Assembly (NCBI GenBank): GCA_032718475.1
Contig: JAUCBJ010005876.1
Span: 6,174-70,173 of the forward strand
From: Nemertoderma westbladi
Taxonomy: Eukaryota > Animalia > Xenacoelomorpha
Direction: 5' to 3'
DNA: 64,000 bases
In this document: one piece after another, positions 24,552-38,295 of the stretch
How the letters are laid out: every line of letters starts with the position of its first letter
Numbering within the stretch: the first letter of the stretch is position 1
The notes under the pieces: model-generated
Seen by the model: only the letters and a program-made list of their open reading frames with translations
What the model was told of the DNA's origin: nothing
Databases searched by the model: none
Made by a program: the position numbers and the translations under genes

Positions 24552-25940
24552 CTATTTGTATATCAGACCCATTCTAACCAGAGCAATGCAGTTCGTTTGG
24601 TTCTATTTGTATTTCAGACCCATTCTAACGAGAGCAATGCAGTTCGTTTGGTTCTATTTGTATTTCAGACCCATTCTAACGAGAGCAATGCGGTTCGTTT
24701 GGTTCTATTTGTATTTCAGACCCATTCTAACGAGAGCAATGCAGTTCGTTTGGTTCTATTTGTATATCAGACCCATTCTAACGAGAGCAATGCGGTTCGT
24801 TTGGTTCTATTTGTATATCAGACCCATTCTAACGAGAGCAATGCAGTTCATTTGGTTCTATTTGTATATGAGACCCATTCTAACCAGAGCAATGCAGTTC
24901 GTTTGGTTCTATTTGTATATCAGACCCATTCTAACTAGAGCAATGCGGTTCGTTTGGTTCTATTTGTATATCAGACCCATTCTAACGAGAGCAATGCAGT
25001 TCGTTAGGTTCTATTTGCATTTCAGACCCATTCTAACGAGAGCAATGCAGTTCGTTTGGTTCTATTTCTATTTCAGACCCATTCTAACGAGAGCAATGCA
25101 GTTCGTTTGGTTCTATTTGTATATCAGACCCATTCTAACGAGAGCAATGCAGTTCGTTTGGTTCTATTTGTATTTCAGACCCATTCTAACGAGAGCAATG
25201 CAGTTCGTTTGGTTCTATTTGTATATCAGACCCATTCTAACGAGAGCAATGCAGTTCGTTTGGTTCTATTTGTATTTCAGACCCATTCTAACGAGAGCAA
25301 TGCAGTTCGTTTGGTTCTATTTGTATTTCAGACCGATTCTAACGAGAGCAATGCAGTTCATTTGGTTATATTTGTATTTCAGACCCATTCTAACGAGAGC
25401 AATGCAGTTCGTTTGGTTCTATTTGTATTTCAGACCCATTCTAACCAGAGCAATGCCGTTCGTTTGGTTCTATTTGTATTTCAGACCCATTCTAACGAGA
25501 GCAATGCAGTTCGTTTGGTTCTATTTGTATTTCAGACCCATTCTAACGAGAGCAATGCAGTTCGTTTGGTTCTATTTGTATTTCAGACCCATTCTAACCA
25601 GAGCAATGCCGTTCGTTTGGTTCTATTTGTATTTCAGACCCATTCTAACGAGAGCAATGCGGTTCGTTTGGTTCTATTTGTATTTCAGACCCATTCTAAC
25701 CAGAGCAATGCCGTTCGTTTGGTTCTATTTGTATTTCAGACCCATTCTAACCAGAGCAATGCCGTTCGTTTGGTTCTATTTGTATTTCAGACCCATTCTA
25801 ACCAGAGCAATGCCGTTCGTTTGGTTCTATTTGTATTTCAGACCCATTCTAACCAGAGCAATGCCGTTCGTTTGGTTCTATTTGTATTTCAGACCCATTC
25901 TAACCAGAGCAATGCGGTTCGTTTGGTTCTATTTGTATTT
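24552..25940. repeat. Tandem array, 51-bp unit, ~27 copies (one more unit at 23290-23336)
   Basis: Unit CAGACCCATTCTAACGAGAGCAATGCAGTTCGTTTGGTTCTATTTGTATTT. Confidence 0.98.
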
Positions 25941-26799
25941 TATGCAATCATCCCGCCTGCGATCGCTACCATTATTCTAAACTGCCCCGATTCGCCAGAG
26001 CTCTCAACAGTCAACTCCAAGAAAATCGATTAGATTTAATACAAATGTATACTTAATTTATATCAACTTGTGCAACGTATTTTAAAAATTGATAGTTTAA
26101 AAACAATCGTATTGATCGTTTTAAAAAATATAGAATAGGCGAACTTGTTGAACTATAACTTCATAGAAATAAATATATATTGATAAGTCAAATACAATAA
26201 AGTAAGTGCTGCGCTCTATATTGGAATCCGATTATGAACTACAATAAATAAAATGGAATAATGGATAATCTCTACAAAACTGTCTTGAATACTAAAAACT
26301 TGTCACTAAGAATAGTTTTCCACGGTATATTATATGTTGCTGGTTTATTGTTTTGGTTAGGGGGGGGGGGGGGAATCAAAGCAGCACCATTGCGTAATGA
26401 TCTTTAAAACTGATGTATCGATTTTTAATGATTTTTAGTTTAGAACTACTGATTTATTATATAACTAAGATACTGACAATTCTATTCAAAACTAAAATTA
26501 TTGGAAGTAATGATGTATGTATGTATAAGAAACCGGTGTAGAACTAAATAAAGTCTTTATTTAAGATCTGGTGGCACCCAATCTGTAAAACTTGTAACAC
26601 CAAGGTGCACTCCACCCTACACTGACTCGATATTAGTTTTTCAATGCCAATTCTTCGGCTACCGGTACCGGTCGGTACTGATAATGTCGATTTGTTTATG
26701 TTTCAGGTCCCCTATTTTGCATGAAGATAAACTGTTTGCTCGCAATGATGTTAAACAAGCTCCTCCTCGTTCTGGGCTCTTGTGGTGGTAACTCTTCTC

Positions 26800-26920
26800 C
26801 GATTGGCTCGTGGGAAAGCGATGACACGTTACTTATTGAATACTAGCCAATTAGATGCCAGATCTGGCTGTTAATGCCTTGGCAGTGCTCAGCAATGTCG
26901 GCGCTTCTCATATTTATAAG
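26800..26920 (+). promoter_or_regulatory. Putative core promoter of the POU3 gene
   Basis: ATTGG (~26802) and CCAAT (~26847) boxes, TATTTATAAG at 26911-26920, ~210 nt before the proposed ATG. Confidence 0.5.
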
Positions 26921-27131
26921 CCCAGTTGTTTCAAAATATTCACTCGAACTGAACCAACAAATCATCCAATTTTGCAGACATAAGATTTAATATCATATCA
27001 CAAAATTAGTTTGAATTACATTTGTACCTTAATCGACTAATGAAACTTTGAAGAAGCTAAGCGATATCTTCTATACCAAACTAATCAATCACAACGTATT
27101 GTATTGTGAAAGTCTCTCTATACCCAACGCA

Positions 27132-27143
27132 ATGGTGAGCTTG
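27132..27143 (+). CDS. POU3: POU class III transcription factor, putative exon 1 (MVSL)
   Basis: ATG GTG AGC TTG|GTGAGT, phase 0 matches the next acceptor; ATG|GTGAGC is an alternative in-frame donor. Confidence 0.5.
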
Positions 27144-27362
27144 GTGAGTTTTCAATTATATTATAAACCATAATTTTAGTTTTCGTAATTATTTTTACAA
27201 ATAATTACGAAATACATTGATAGTATTTTCGATCTTAAAGAGCTATACGTTTCCTACGAAATCAACAAATAGGATTGTAATAGATAAATTTTCTACATAA
27301 CCTTCATACATGACACCCAAAATTTTATTTTTAACCTTTTTAGATATTTTTTATTCCTGTAG

Positions 27363-27955
27363 ATAAATACACCGGCATTTTCCGATACAGGGCCTGTCCC
27401 GTCGGCTCTCCAATACGCCTCGCTTTACGCTTCTCCCGCAGTTGACTACCCAGCTACATCGTCGCTCTCGGGTGCCTATGGCAACCAGCAGTCCTACCCC
27501 CCTCCAACCTCTACTCAGACCCTCCTAGGGCAGTCAGCCTACAAGCTAGACTACCTAGGAACCGCGTCCCAACTATCCTCTTACTATCCCGGTAACCAAT
27601 CGGCGTCCTGGTTGACATCTCCATCTACCGGGGACTACTGGCATCATGACATAAAATCCTACGGCGAACTGAAACACTCGGCCAACTCAGAGCCCATAAA
27701 GCAGTTGGTTCAGGAACTAAAATCCCCGAGCATCCCGGATCTCAGTAAGTCCTACTCGACGACTCACGACCTCAAGGCGTTCAACATGCCGCCCCCAGTT
27801 CGGGACGAAGTCCCGTACAAACCGTACTACTTATCATCTCCCTACTCAATGTGGAACAGCGGTTCCTCTTCGGCGCTTAACTCCAGCACCCACTTTATGC
27901 CATATTCCTCCTCCAATCCCAACCATCTGTCCTCCTACTCTTCATCTGCCTACGG
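27363..27955 (+). CDS. POU3: POU class III transcription factor, exon 2 (S/P/Y-rich N-terminal region)
   Basis: Acceptor TTATTCCTGTAG|, open frame continuous with ORF 27612, donor GG|GTGAGT phase 2 fits exon 3. Confidence 0.8.
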
Positions 27956-30410
27956 GTGAGTTCATACTTTTATGTGTTAGTGTTACTGAAGTTTATTGTG
28001 AGGCGCGGTTCAGAGATACGCTATTGTCTGCAAGGACAGCGCTGCGAAATGATGTTAAATCTCTCTCTGTGCTGGTCACTCAAGACACAGCGATTTGGTT
28101 TTGGGTTACATCGCTATTCTATCGCTGTCAATGCGACTAAAAACAACAGCGCTATCACCGCAAAATGTTTCTCTGAACCGGGCGTTTCTGTATAGTTTGA
28201 TTAATATTTTATTTGACCTTTGGCGTAGTTGGTAAATCACGGTCTTCTAAACAACGGATCTGTTGTTTAGAAGGGTAAACGTTAAACGGTTAAGCCTACA
28301 GTTATTAATTCAGTGTAATCTCCACAAATATTATTGTATATAATATTTGGAGACAGGGGGGGAAACTGGACGCAAAACCCTCCTTGGCGAATTAATATCC
28401 CGCCTCAATGTTAAATTCTCAATTTAGGGAAAGGAGCAGGTTAAGGTGGCACGGTATTTTAACCAAAACAATAAACTAAACACAATAGAACAGGTTACAG
28501 TTTTATTTTTGAGAATAATCAGCTGTTATTTGCGTCGAATTTCCCCTGGAGCGGGATGAATTTTTATTGCGTCCAGTAGGGTGAATAATACTGTATACGC
28601 CGCAATCCTAAGGAAAATTCTCCCCCGTAAACTTAGTCATAATATACATGATCTAAGAAACTATAGAAACCTGGAGGCCGGTATACAGGCATACCTATAT
28701 ATGCTATACATCTGTATACAATAAGGGGGTTGTGTTAGTTCAAAATCTTGAAATCTATCTCAACATTCAAGTTCGGCTCATCATTATGATTATTCAAGGC
28801 ATGTATTTCACGTTCACCACCATGGGTAACGAATGGATAACCCTTCTACAATGTGTTCCAAGTTACCTTGGTTCCCATTTTTTCGATCAGTCAAAGTACT
28901 GAACTTGATTTATAGCACACGAATGTCACTATTTGACCAAGCGGCCGCAAAATTTTAATTATTCTATTCTATTCATTATAATATATATTAAAATCCGGGA
29001 TGGCCCCTGTGCTTTATTATGTATCTCCAATTGGAAATATTTTTTGTCATCATGCTCTGTGTGGCGGGAGCAGTGCGCAGATTCTGTTCAAGTTCAAAAC
29101 TACGCACGATTCACCTGCTCGCTTCGCTTAGTAACCCCGTGTGTCAAATGATATGTTGATTATAGGGCCCGTTATATAAGTTGCTACAGTAGATTTAAGG
29201 ATAAACCTTTTAGTAGATACAATCTTTTAGCCTTTTATAATAAGTAAGGCTGCCTCATTGGTGAAAACTTTTATGGCATAATTGGCCCCTCCGTTAGGAA
29301 GTTGTTCAGTTGTCGGTGTTTTTGTTAAGATGACGGTTATAATAAGCCGTTACTGTATAACGGTGCTATTGTGTGTTGGACATGTGTGCCTATTGTTGGA
29401 ATGTGGCGTCAGCAGCAGGTGCGAGCGGGTCACGGACGCGGGGCCATAGCCACTGTCCTACGAGTAGCCGGACCCTAGATAGCCCCAAGCCACTCACTAA
29501 TCTAATCATATAGCCATTAGAGGATTAAGTTAAACCCATAGAAACCGTTCGTTAAATCGACTGCAACACGTGTCCGCATCTGAAACAAATTCCTCAGTGT
29601 GCAGTAAATATTTACTGTTCGTATGTAGGGAGTCGGCGTTGGATTTATAGAGCGGCGTCCGGATCGTGTGTTTAATCGTAATTTGATACCAAATCGATGG
29701 ATAAGTTGTATAGTTAATCGAATAATAGCGCGTGTCTCTTCTTTTGTGCATTAAGTGGTAGATTTTGATTTACTCCAAATCCACCATAAAAAGAAAGTAC
29801 AAAAGATCAAAATAGCAGCTTCATCAGTACCTATTATTTTATTTGCGGAATAATTAAATTAATTCTCTAATTCTTATCGAAATTATTCCAGAATAAAGTT
29901 CCCATCATACAGAAGCTCTCTCCTTCTTTCGCAATGTTTTCTCGATTAGATCATTATTATTATTATTCTTTTTTAATCAAATTAAATAAATCTAAATTGA
30001 TATAGTAAAAATAATTAGGCATTTAAATTGATAACAGTCCAATAAAAATATATCAGTCTATTACCGTCCTCTTCTGAATAACCCGAAAAATTCCAGAATC
30101 CTCTGGTGTTTTGTTGCAAAGTTGAAGTTGATCCAAACAATTTCAATACAGTTTCTTTTCATAAACAATTCTGAAATGAATAAATAATGAAAAGAATAAT
30201 TTAAAATATTAGTATTGTACTTTTACTATCATATGGTTATTTTTGAAGGGAATTCACTATAAAGCCATTTATAGAGGATTTCAGTAAAAAAAACTGTTTC
30301 TTGAAAAATTATGCGAAATTATAAAACATTTTTAAATCAGTTAGTTTGTTGCATTTGTCTAAAATAATCTGTTGAAATACTTTTTAAATTAATTTTTAAT
30401 TTCTTTGCAG

Positions 30411-31521
30411 ATCCTATTCCACTTACCCCATGAATTCGGCCTACAATATGAGTACACTGGTTTCCCCAGGTCTGGGATACGGACCACGGGGTGACCCAGA
30501 CTACCCATCACACCTATCGGACGAGGAAGCGCCATCTAGCGACGATCTCGAAGCATTCGCGAAACAGTTCAAACAACGACGAATTAAACTGGGGTTCACC
30601 CAGGCGGATGTCGGCTTAGCCCTCGGAACCCTATACGGAAACGTTTTCTCTCAAACGACCATATGTCGGTTTGAATCTTTGCAACTCAGTTTCAAAAACA
30701 TGTGCAAACTGAAACCGTTATTGGCGAAGTGGTTAGAAGAAGCGGAGGTTAATAACACTTCCCCCACCGCAATCGATAAGTTGGCATCGCAAGGAAGGAA
30801 ACGTAAGAAACGGACCAGCATCGAGATGTCTGTAAAAGGGGCTTTGGAGAATCACTTTATGAAGCAAGCTAAACCGTGCGCGCCCGAGATTCAAGCACTC
30901 GCAGATAGTCTGCAGCTGGATAAGGAGGTTGTCCGAGTTTGGTTCTGCAACCGCCGACAAAAAGAGAAACGGATGACACCGTTGTACGGATGCGAAGACG
31001 ATGGAAGTCTCGATGGAGATGGCGAAGAGAAAGTGAGTCCTCGAACGCCGGTCTCGGTGAAGGACGAGTTCGTTACATCCGTGTCCAACTACGTATCTAC
31101 ATTCGCGTCCAACGTAAACTCCTCCGGAGATTTCCCAGTCGGAGATCGCATGTACAGCAACTCCGAGAGCAGCAGTGACGTCATGAAGGGTGATTCCCAT
31201 AACGCCATGTATGACTCATACCATCAGAATGGTCTACAGTCCTCGTTGTCTTCTCTTTATTCCGGACGTCCGGACATCGACCCTAAATCTTACGAAATCG
31301 ATCACCAACCCCTCAGTCACATCTCCACGGCTGTTATCACCCCTAACCCTAATCTACTATACCCCGGACTAAATTACCCGATAATTAGCTACCCCTCGCT
31401 CCCCAGTAACCAATATATTTCTTCTCCGACCATGTCTGCGAAACAGCCACAAAACTCCGCCCCTATGAGCAGTGCCAACAGCGATATTAACGCTCTCACA
31501 TACAATTCCAGTCCAATGTAG
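30411..31521 (+). CDS. POU3: POU class III transcription factor (Brn-1/2/4, vvl-like), exon 3 with POU-specific domain and homeodomain
   Basis: Acceptor TTCTTTGCAG|; [52 protein letters not shown] and [18 protein letters not shown] are diagnostic of class III; joined CDS 1716 nt, 571 aa. Confidence 0.96.
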
Positions 31522-32361
31522 AACACACACCAACTGATATCGTTACATCGTTATTTTAAATTGTTGCGACAAGATTGTTGTGAACTTATCACATTTAAAT
31601 AATTTTTATTCTTTTTTTCTGGCCCTTTTTAGAAAATCTTAAAACAAATTTTCAAGTTTATGAATTGAATATAGCGAACTCATGTGATGCAGAATTTATG
31701 AGTTTGAGAATGTCCTTTAAATAAGGCAAACTATTCTACTAGTTAATTTGTTGTTGTTATTTGTTTATGTTCTGAAATATTATAGGAAGTGAAGAATATG
31801 TTTACAGTGTATTGATGCATTTTCTATTTAAATTATCATTTTTGTGTGATATAAAATTAGGTAGATTGTATCGCCATTTAAATTAGGCATATAAGTTAGT
31901 GTGGGTTGGTTTAATTAAATTATTGTTAATAATGTTGGCAGAAGGTAATTTGGTTAATTTATATTATTAATAAATAAAATTAAACGTGATAACATTTATT
32001 AACTTTGTAAATTGTTTTGTCATTGGGGGTAGAAATGACAGTTTACAGGAGACTTTACCGTAATATTTTAGCCTTTGCGTACGATACTACAACATATCTG
32101 CTTGTAAAGTTAATAAGTTAACTGCTGAAAGTAAGTCAAATAAACTCTCCTCGCATTCAGTTACACCAATACCTGAGGTACATACAGTACTAAACAACCA
32201 TATCCAGGTTATGGGAGATAAACCCGAAGGGTCCTTTAGTAAATATTTAGCAGTAAATGACACATTACCAACCGTGTCCAGCACTAGAATCTCTTATTAT
32301 TTACTTCTACGCAATATCTAACCAAATATAGATAAGGTCGCAAGAAGCGGTGATATGATAA

Positions 32362-33185
32362 TACTATTGGTGTTGGAAGGCGACACCGACGAGTGAAGGC
32401 CGACACCCTCTGGTGAAGGCTGACACACACTGGTGGAGGCTGATACACACTGGTGGAGGCTGACACCAACTGGTGAAGGCTGACACCCACTGGTGAAGGC
32501 TGACACTCACTGGTGAAGGCCAATACCAACCGGTGAAGGATGACACCCACTGGTGAAGACCAATACCAACTGGTGAAGGCTGACACCCACTGCGGTGAAG
32601 GCTGAAACCCACTGGTGAAGGCTGACACCCACTCTGGTGAAGGCCGACACCCACTGGTGAAGGTCAATACCAACCGGTGAATGCTGACACCCACTGGTGA
32701 AGGCCAATACCAACCGGTGAAGGCTGACACCCACTGGTGAAGGCCAATACCAACTGGTGAAGGCTGACACCCACTGCGGTGAAGGCTGACACCCACTGGT
32801 GAAGGCTGACACCCACTCTGGTGAAGGCCGACACCCACTGGTGAAGGCTGACACCCACGGGTGAAGGCTGACACCAACTGGTGAAGGCTGATAGCTTTAC
32901 ACTCACTGGTGAAGGCTGACAGCTTTACACTCACTGGTGAAGGCTGACGGCTTTACACTCACTGGTGAAGACCATGGCTGACACCCACTGCGGTGAAGGC
33001 CGAGACCCACTGGTGAAGGTTCACACCAACTGGTGAAGGCTGACACCCACTGGCGAAGGCTGACACCCATTGGTGAAGACCGAAGCCCACTTGTGAATTC
33101 CGATACCGTAGAGCTTCAACACAACCTCTTCGATAAATTTCAACATCGACGGCGTGGCGGGTGTCGGCCTTCAATGTCAATAACT
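32362..33185. mobile_element. Terminal-inverted-repeat element with an expanded ~20-bp internal array (32393-33085)
   Basis: Unit CACTGGTGAAGGCTGACACC and variants; the right end GGTGTCGGCCTTCAATGTCAATA is the inverted form of the left end and of the unit. Confidence 0.65.
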
Positions 33186-34837
33186 ATGCAATAGTCTTTA
33201 AATATCTCTTGGCAATTTCCATCAATAGTTCTGCCATCATAACCTTATCCTCATCGTATATGTTGCAAATGTAAATAACGGCAATTTAAATCAAAATGTG
33301 CTCCAGGTGCGTAGTAGCCAATGACTCTTGAAACCTCACTGCCCAAACACAATATATGTTGTACGTAAAATACACATAACTTAACGAGATAAGCGTGCAA
33401 TGTCATCAAGTTGTTAATCAAAAGATGATAAAAACTGAAAAGTTATCCAGTGCCTGTTGATGTCACGTGTTCCTATCAAACTGTTGGACTACTGACTGAT
33501 GGGTTCAATGCGAAGTGAATCATAACCCTTGAACGACGGAGGCTACTCAACCTGAGTGTCTGTCTGCACACAGAAGCTGAATACCAAAGACAAGGGGTAT
33601 GCGATTGTCGTGCCTTTAATCGTTGCAGCTGACGGTGCGGCCTTGGTATGTTAAATGTGCCTTTTTGGCATACGGACTATGAGCTGAGGCATTCCCTATT
33701 TTCTTTGTCTCAGAATACTACTAATAAGCCTAAACACCATAACGCTTATACCGTGCGGGTGTATTATACAACAAGACATTCACAACCGTACGCAATTCTT
33801 TAATTATAAAATAGTTTTGGCATCAAAATATTTTCGGCCACCTGACAGGAACATTCTGTGCGTTACTACAAATATCTCTACAGGGGAATAGTCTTTATTG
33901 TTCAATTTGATACTGCTGTAGTTCTAATATTCTATAATTATAAAGGGTCAAAATCGCAAACTGAACACTGTAATATGTAATCGTCATGGTTCTTACGATT
34001 CTTCAAATCCTAAAGGAAGAATCACGTATAATAATCAAACTCCGTTTATATCAATAACAATAACACAATTATAATAACGATTTAAATATCAACTTTGGTA
34101 TAAGATCATCATTAATAAGATCTAAAGCTATAGTTCTAAAGTTCGACTGGAAACTATAAAAATAATGTAAATCTATGTAAAATAGTGTTTGTTAATGCAG
34201 CTCGTTTGTTTTAAATAATCGGGTTATAAGCTTTGGTACGGCTACTCCTACTGTATATATAATGGAATTATTCAGTAGTTTCAATTCAAGAATGGTTGAT
34301 TGGAACTTTGTCTCGCTGGAGTGCAGTACAGTAGTTGTTATGTAATCGGAAAAAATCTATAAGGTTTTATTCATTGTACATTTAAATACGGTCGCGGTAG
34401 GATTTCGGCTTCACCGGACGTAGCAGGGTGTAGCCGGTAATTAATTCCGTTTTAACTTCACTGTGTAATATAATATGAGCAGTGAGCAGAGGGGTGATTA
34501 ACGCAATATGTACGCACAAGTGCGGTGCAGTGTTTAAACGCCGTGGAATAAGTAATTTAGTTAAAAATAATCCAGATAGTGTCGCAATTCAGTGACTTGG
34601 ACTCTATACAAATAGTAATGAGATTGCATGATATGATATGAGTGTGTTTCAGTTTCACCTCCCTCCGCTTTTAGTGGGTGGGTGAGTCAGAATTTATATT
34701 TTTGCTTTCATTCTAAATATGTAACACAGTATACTTCACTCACAAACATAAGTTCTATGATAACAACCAAAACAAAAAACAGGTGTTCAGTAGACAGTAG
34801 CATCTTCATCTTCATCAGTACCGGTACACTACACCGG

Positions 34838-37800
34838 TACTGTGTGCACCATTGCCGGACCCCTGTAGCTAGCACAGCAGAGTAGCACAATCAATGACAT
34901 CAATTTAATCTGGAATGTAGCGAGGAACCTTGTTGGCTACTGTGTAGCACCATTACCGTACCCCAGTAGCTAGCACAGCAGAGTAGCACAATCAATGACA
35001 TCAATTTAATCTGGAATGTAGCGAGGAACCTTGTTGGCTACTGTGTAGCACCATTACCGGACCCCAGTAGCTAGCACAGCAGAGTAGCACAATCAATGAC
35101 ATCAATTTAATCTGGAATGTAGCGAGGAATCTTGTTGGCTACTGTGTACCACCATTACCGTACCCCAGTAGCTAGCACAGCAGAGTAGCACAATCAATGA
35201 CATCAATTTAATCTGGAATGTAGCGAGGAACCTTGTTGGCTACTGTGTAGCACCATTACCGTACCCCAGTAGCTAGCACAGCAGAGTAGCACAATCAATG
35301 ACATCAATTTAATCTGGAATGTAGCGAGGAACCTTGTTGGCTACTGTGTAGCACCATTACCGGACCCCAGTAGCTAGCACAGCAGAGTAGCACAATCAAT
35401 GACATCAATTTAATCTGGAATGTAGCCAGGAATCTTGTTGGCTACTGTGTACCACCATTACCGTACCCCAGTAGCTAGCACAGCAGAGTAGCACAATCAA
35501 TTACATCAATTTAATCTGGAATGTAGCGAGGAACCTTGTTGGCTACTGTGTAGCACCATTACCGTACCCCAGTAGCTAGCACAGCAGAGTAGCACAATCA
35601 ATGACATCAATTTAATCTGGAATGTAGCGAGGAACCTTGTTGGCTACTGTGTAGCACCATTACCGTACCCCAGTAGCTAGCACAGCAGAGTAGCACAATC
35701 AATGACATCAATTTAATCTGGAATGTAGCGAGGAACCTTGTTGGCTACTGTGTAGCACCATTACCGTACCCCAGTAGCTAGCACAGCAGAGTAGCACAAT
35801 CAATGACATCAATTTAATCTGGAATGTAGCGAGGAACCTTGTTGGCTACTGTGTAGCACCATTACCGGACCCCAGTAGCTAGCACAGCAGAGTAGCACAA
35901 TCAATGACATCAATTTAATCTGGAATGTAGCGAGGAACCTTGTTGGCTACTGTGTAGCACCATTACCGTACCCCAGTAGCTAGCACAGCAGAGTAGCACA
36001 ATCAATGACATCAATTTAATCTGGAATGTAGCGAGGAACCTTGTTGGCTACTGTGTAGCACCATTACCGTACCCCAGTAGCTAGCACAGCAGAGTAGCAC
36101 AATCAATGACATCAATTTAATCTGGAATGTAGCGAGGAACCTTGTTGGCTACTGTGTAGCACCATTACCGGACCCCAGTAGCTAGCACAGCAGAGTAGCA
36201 CAATCAATGACATCAATTTAATCTGGAATGTAGCGAGGAACCTTGTTGGCTACTGTGTAGCACCATTACCGTACCCCAGTAGCTAGCACAGTAGAGTAGC
36301 ACAATCAATGACATCAATTTAATCTGTGATGTAGCGAGGAACCTTGTTGGCTACTGTGTACCACCATTACCGGACCCCAGTAGCTAGCACAGTAGAGTAG
36401 CACAATCAATGACATCAATTTAATCTGGAATGTAGCGAGGAACCTTGTTGGCTACTGTGTAGCACCATTACCGTACCCCAGTAGCTAGCACAGTAGAGTA
36501 GCACAATCAATGACATCAATTTAATCTGGAATGTAGCGAGGAACCTTGTTGGCTACTGTGTAGCACCATTACCGGACCCCAGTAGCTAGCACAGAAGAGT
36601 GGCACAATCAATGACATCAATTTAATCTGGAATGTAGCGAGGAACCTTGTTGGCTACTGTGTAGCACCATTAGCGGACCCCGCAGTAGCTAGCACAGTAG
36701 AGTAGCACAATCAATGACATCAATTTAATCTGGAATGAATGTAGCGAGGAACCTTGTTGGCTACTGTGTAGCACCATTACCGTACCCCAGTAGCTAGCAC
36801 AGCAGAGTAGCACAATCAATGACATCAATTTAATCTGGAATGTAGCGAGGAATCTTGTTGGCTACTGTGTACCACCATTACCGGACCCCAGTAGCTAGCA
36901 CAGTAGAGTAGCACAATCAATGACATCAATTTAATCTGGAATGTAGCGAGGAACCTTGTTGGCTACTGTGTAGCACCATTACCGTACCCCAGTAGCTAGC
37001 ACAGTAGAGTAGCACAATCAATGACATCAATTTAATCTGGAATGTAGCGAGGAACCTTGTTGGCTACTGTGTAGCACCATTACCGGACCCCAGTAGCTAG
37101 CACAGAAGAGTGGCACAATCAATGACATCAATTTAATCTGGAATGTAGCGAGGAACCTTGTTGGCTACTGTGTAGCACCATTAGCGGACCCCGCAGTAGC
37201 TAGCACAGTAGAGTAGCACAATCAATGACATCAATTTAATCTGGAATGAATGTAGCGAGGAACCTTGTTGGCTACTGTGTAGTACCATTACCGTACCCCA
37301 GTAGCTAGCACAGTAGAGTAGCACAATCAATGACATCAATTTAATCTGGAATGTAGCGAGGAACCTTGTTGGCTACCGTGTAGCACCATTACCGGACCCC
37401 AGTAGCTAGCACAGTAGAGTGGCACAATCAATGACATCAATTTAATCTGGAATGAATGTAGCGAGGAACCTTGTTGGCTACTGTGTAGCACCATTACCGG
37501 ACCCCAGTAGCTAGCACAGTAGAGTAGCACAATCAATGACATCAATTTAATCTGGAATGTAGCGAGGAACCTTGTTGGCTACTGTGTAGCACCATTACCG
37601 TACCCCAGTAGCTAGCACAGTAGAGTAGCACAATCAATGACATCAATTTAATCTGGAATGTAGCGAGGAACCTTGTTGGCTACTGTGTAGCACCATTACC
37701 GTACCCCAGTAGCTAGCACAGTAGAGTAGCACAATCAATGACATCAATTTAATCTGGAATGTAGCGAGGAACCTTGTTGGCTACTGTGTAGCACCATTAC

Positions 37801-38295
37801 CGGACCCCAGTAGCTAGCACAGAAGAGTGGCACAATCAATGACATCAATTTAATCTGGAATGTAGCGAGGAACCTTGTTGGCTACCGTGTAACACCATTA
37901 GCGGACCCCGCAGTAGCTAGCACAGTAGAGTAGCACAATCAATGACATCAATTTAATCTGGAATGTAGCGAGGAACCTTGTTGGCTACTGTGTAGCACCA
38001 TTACCGTACCCCAGTAGCTAGCACAGTAGAGTAGCACAATCAATGACATCAATTTAATCTGGAATGTAGCGAGGAACCTTGTTGGCTACTGTGTAGCACC
38101 ATTACCATACCCCAGTAGCTAGCACAGTAGAGTAGCACAATCAATGACATCAATTTAATCTGGAATGTAGCGAGGAACCTTGTTGGCTACTGTGTAGCAC
38201 CATTACCGTACCCCAGTAGCTAGCACAGTATAATAGCACAATCAATTACAGTACATCAATTTAATCTGGAATGTAGCGAGGAACCTTGTTGGCTG
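34838..38295. repeat. Tandem array, 101-bp unit, ~34 copies
   Basis: Unit CCATTACCGTACCCCAGTAGCTAGCACAGCAGAGTAGCACAATCAATGACATCAATTTAATCTGGAATGTAGCGAGGAACCTTGTTGGCTACTGTGTAGCA. Confidence 0.98.

Noticed and set aside
24394-26033. 528-aa and 325-aa ORFs
   Set aside because: They are translations of the 51-bp array plus transposon subterminal repeats, with no domain
32087-32325. About 80 open codons on the plus strand after POU3
   Set aside because: No recognisable homology or convincing splice context
32284-33180. Several overlapping minus-strand ORFs
   Set aside because: By-products of the ~20-bp minisatellite
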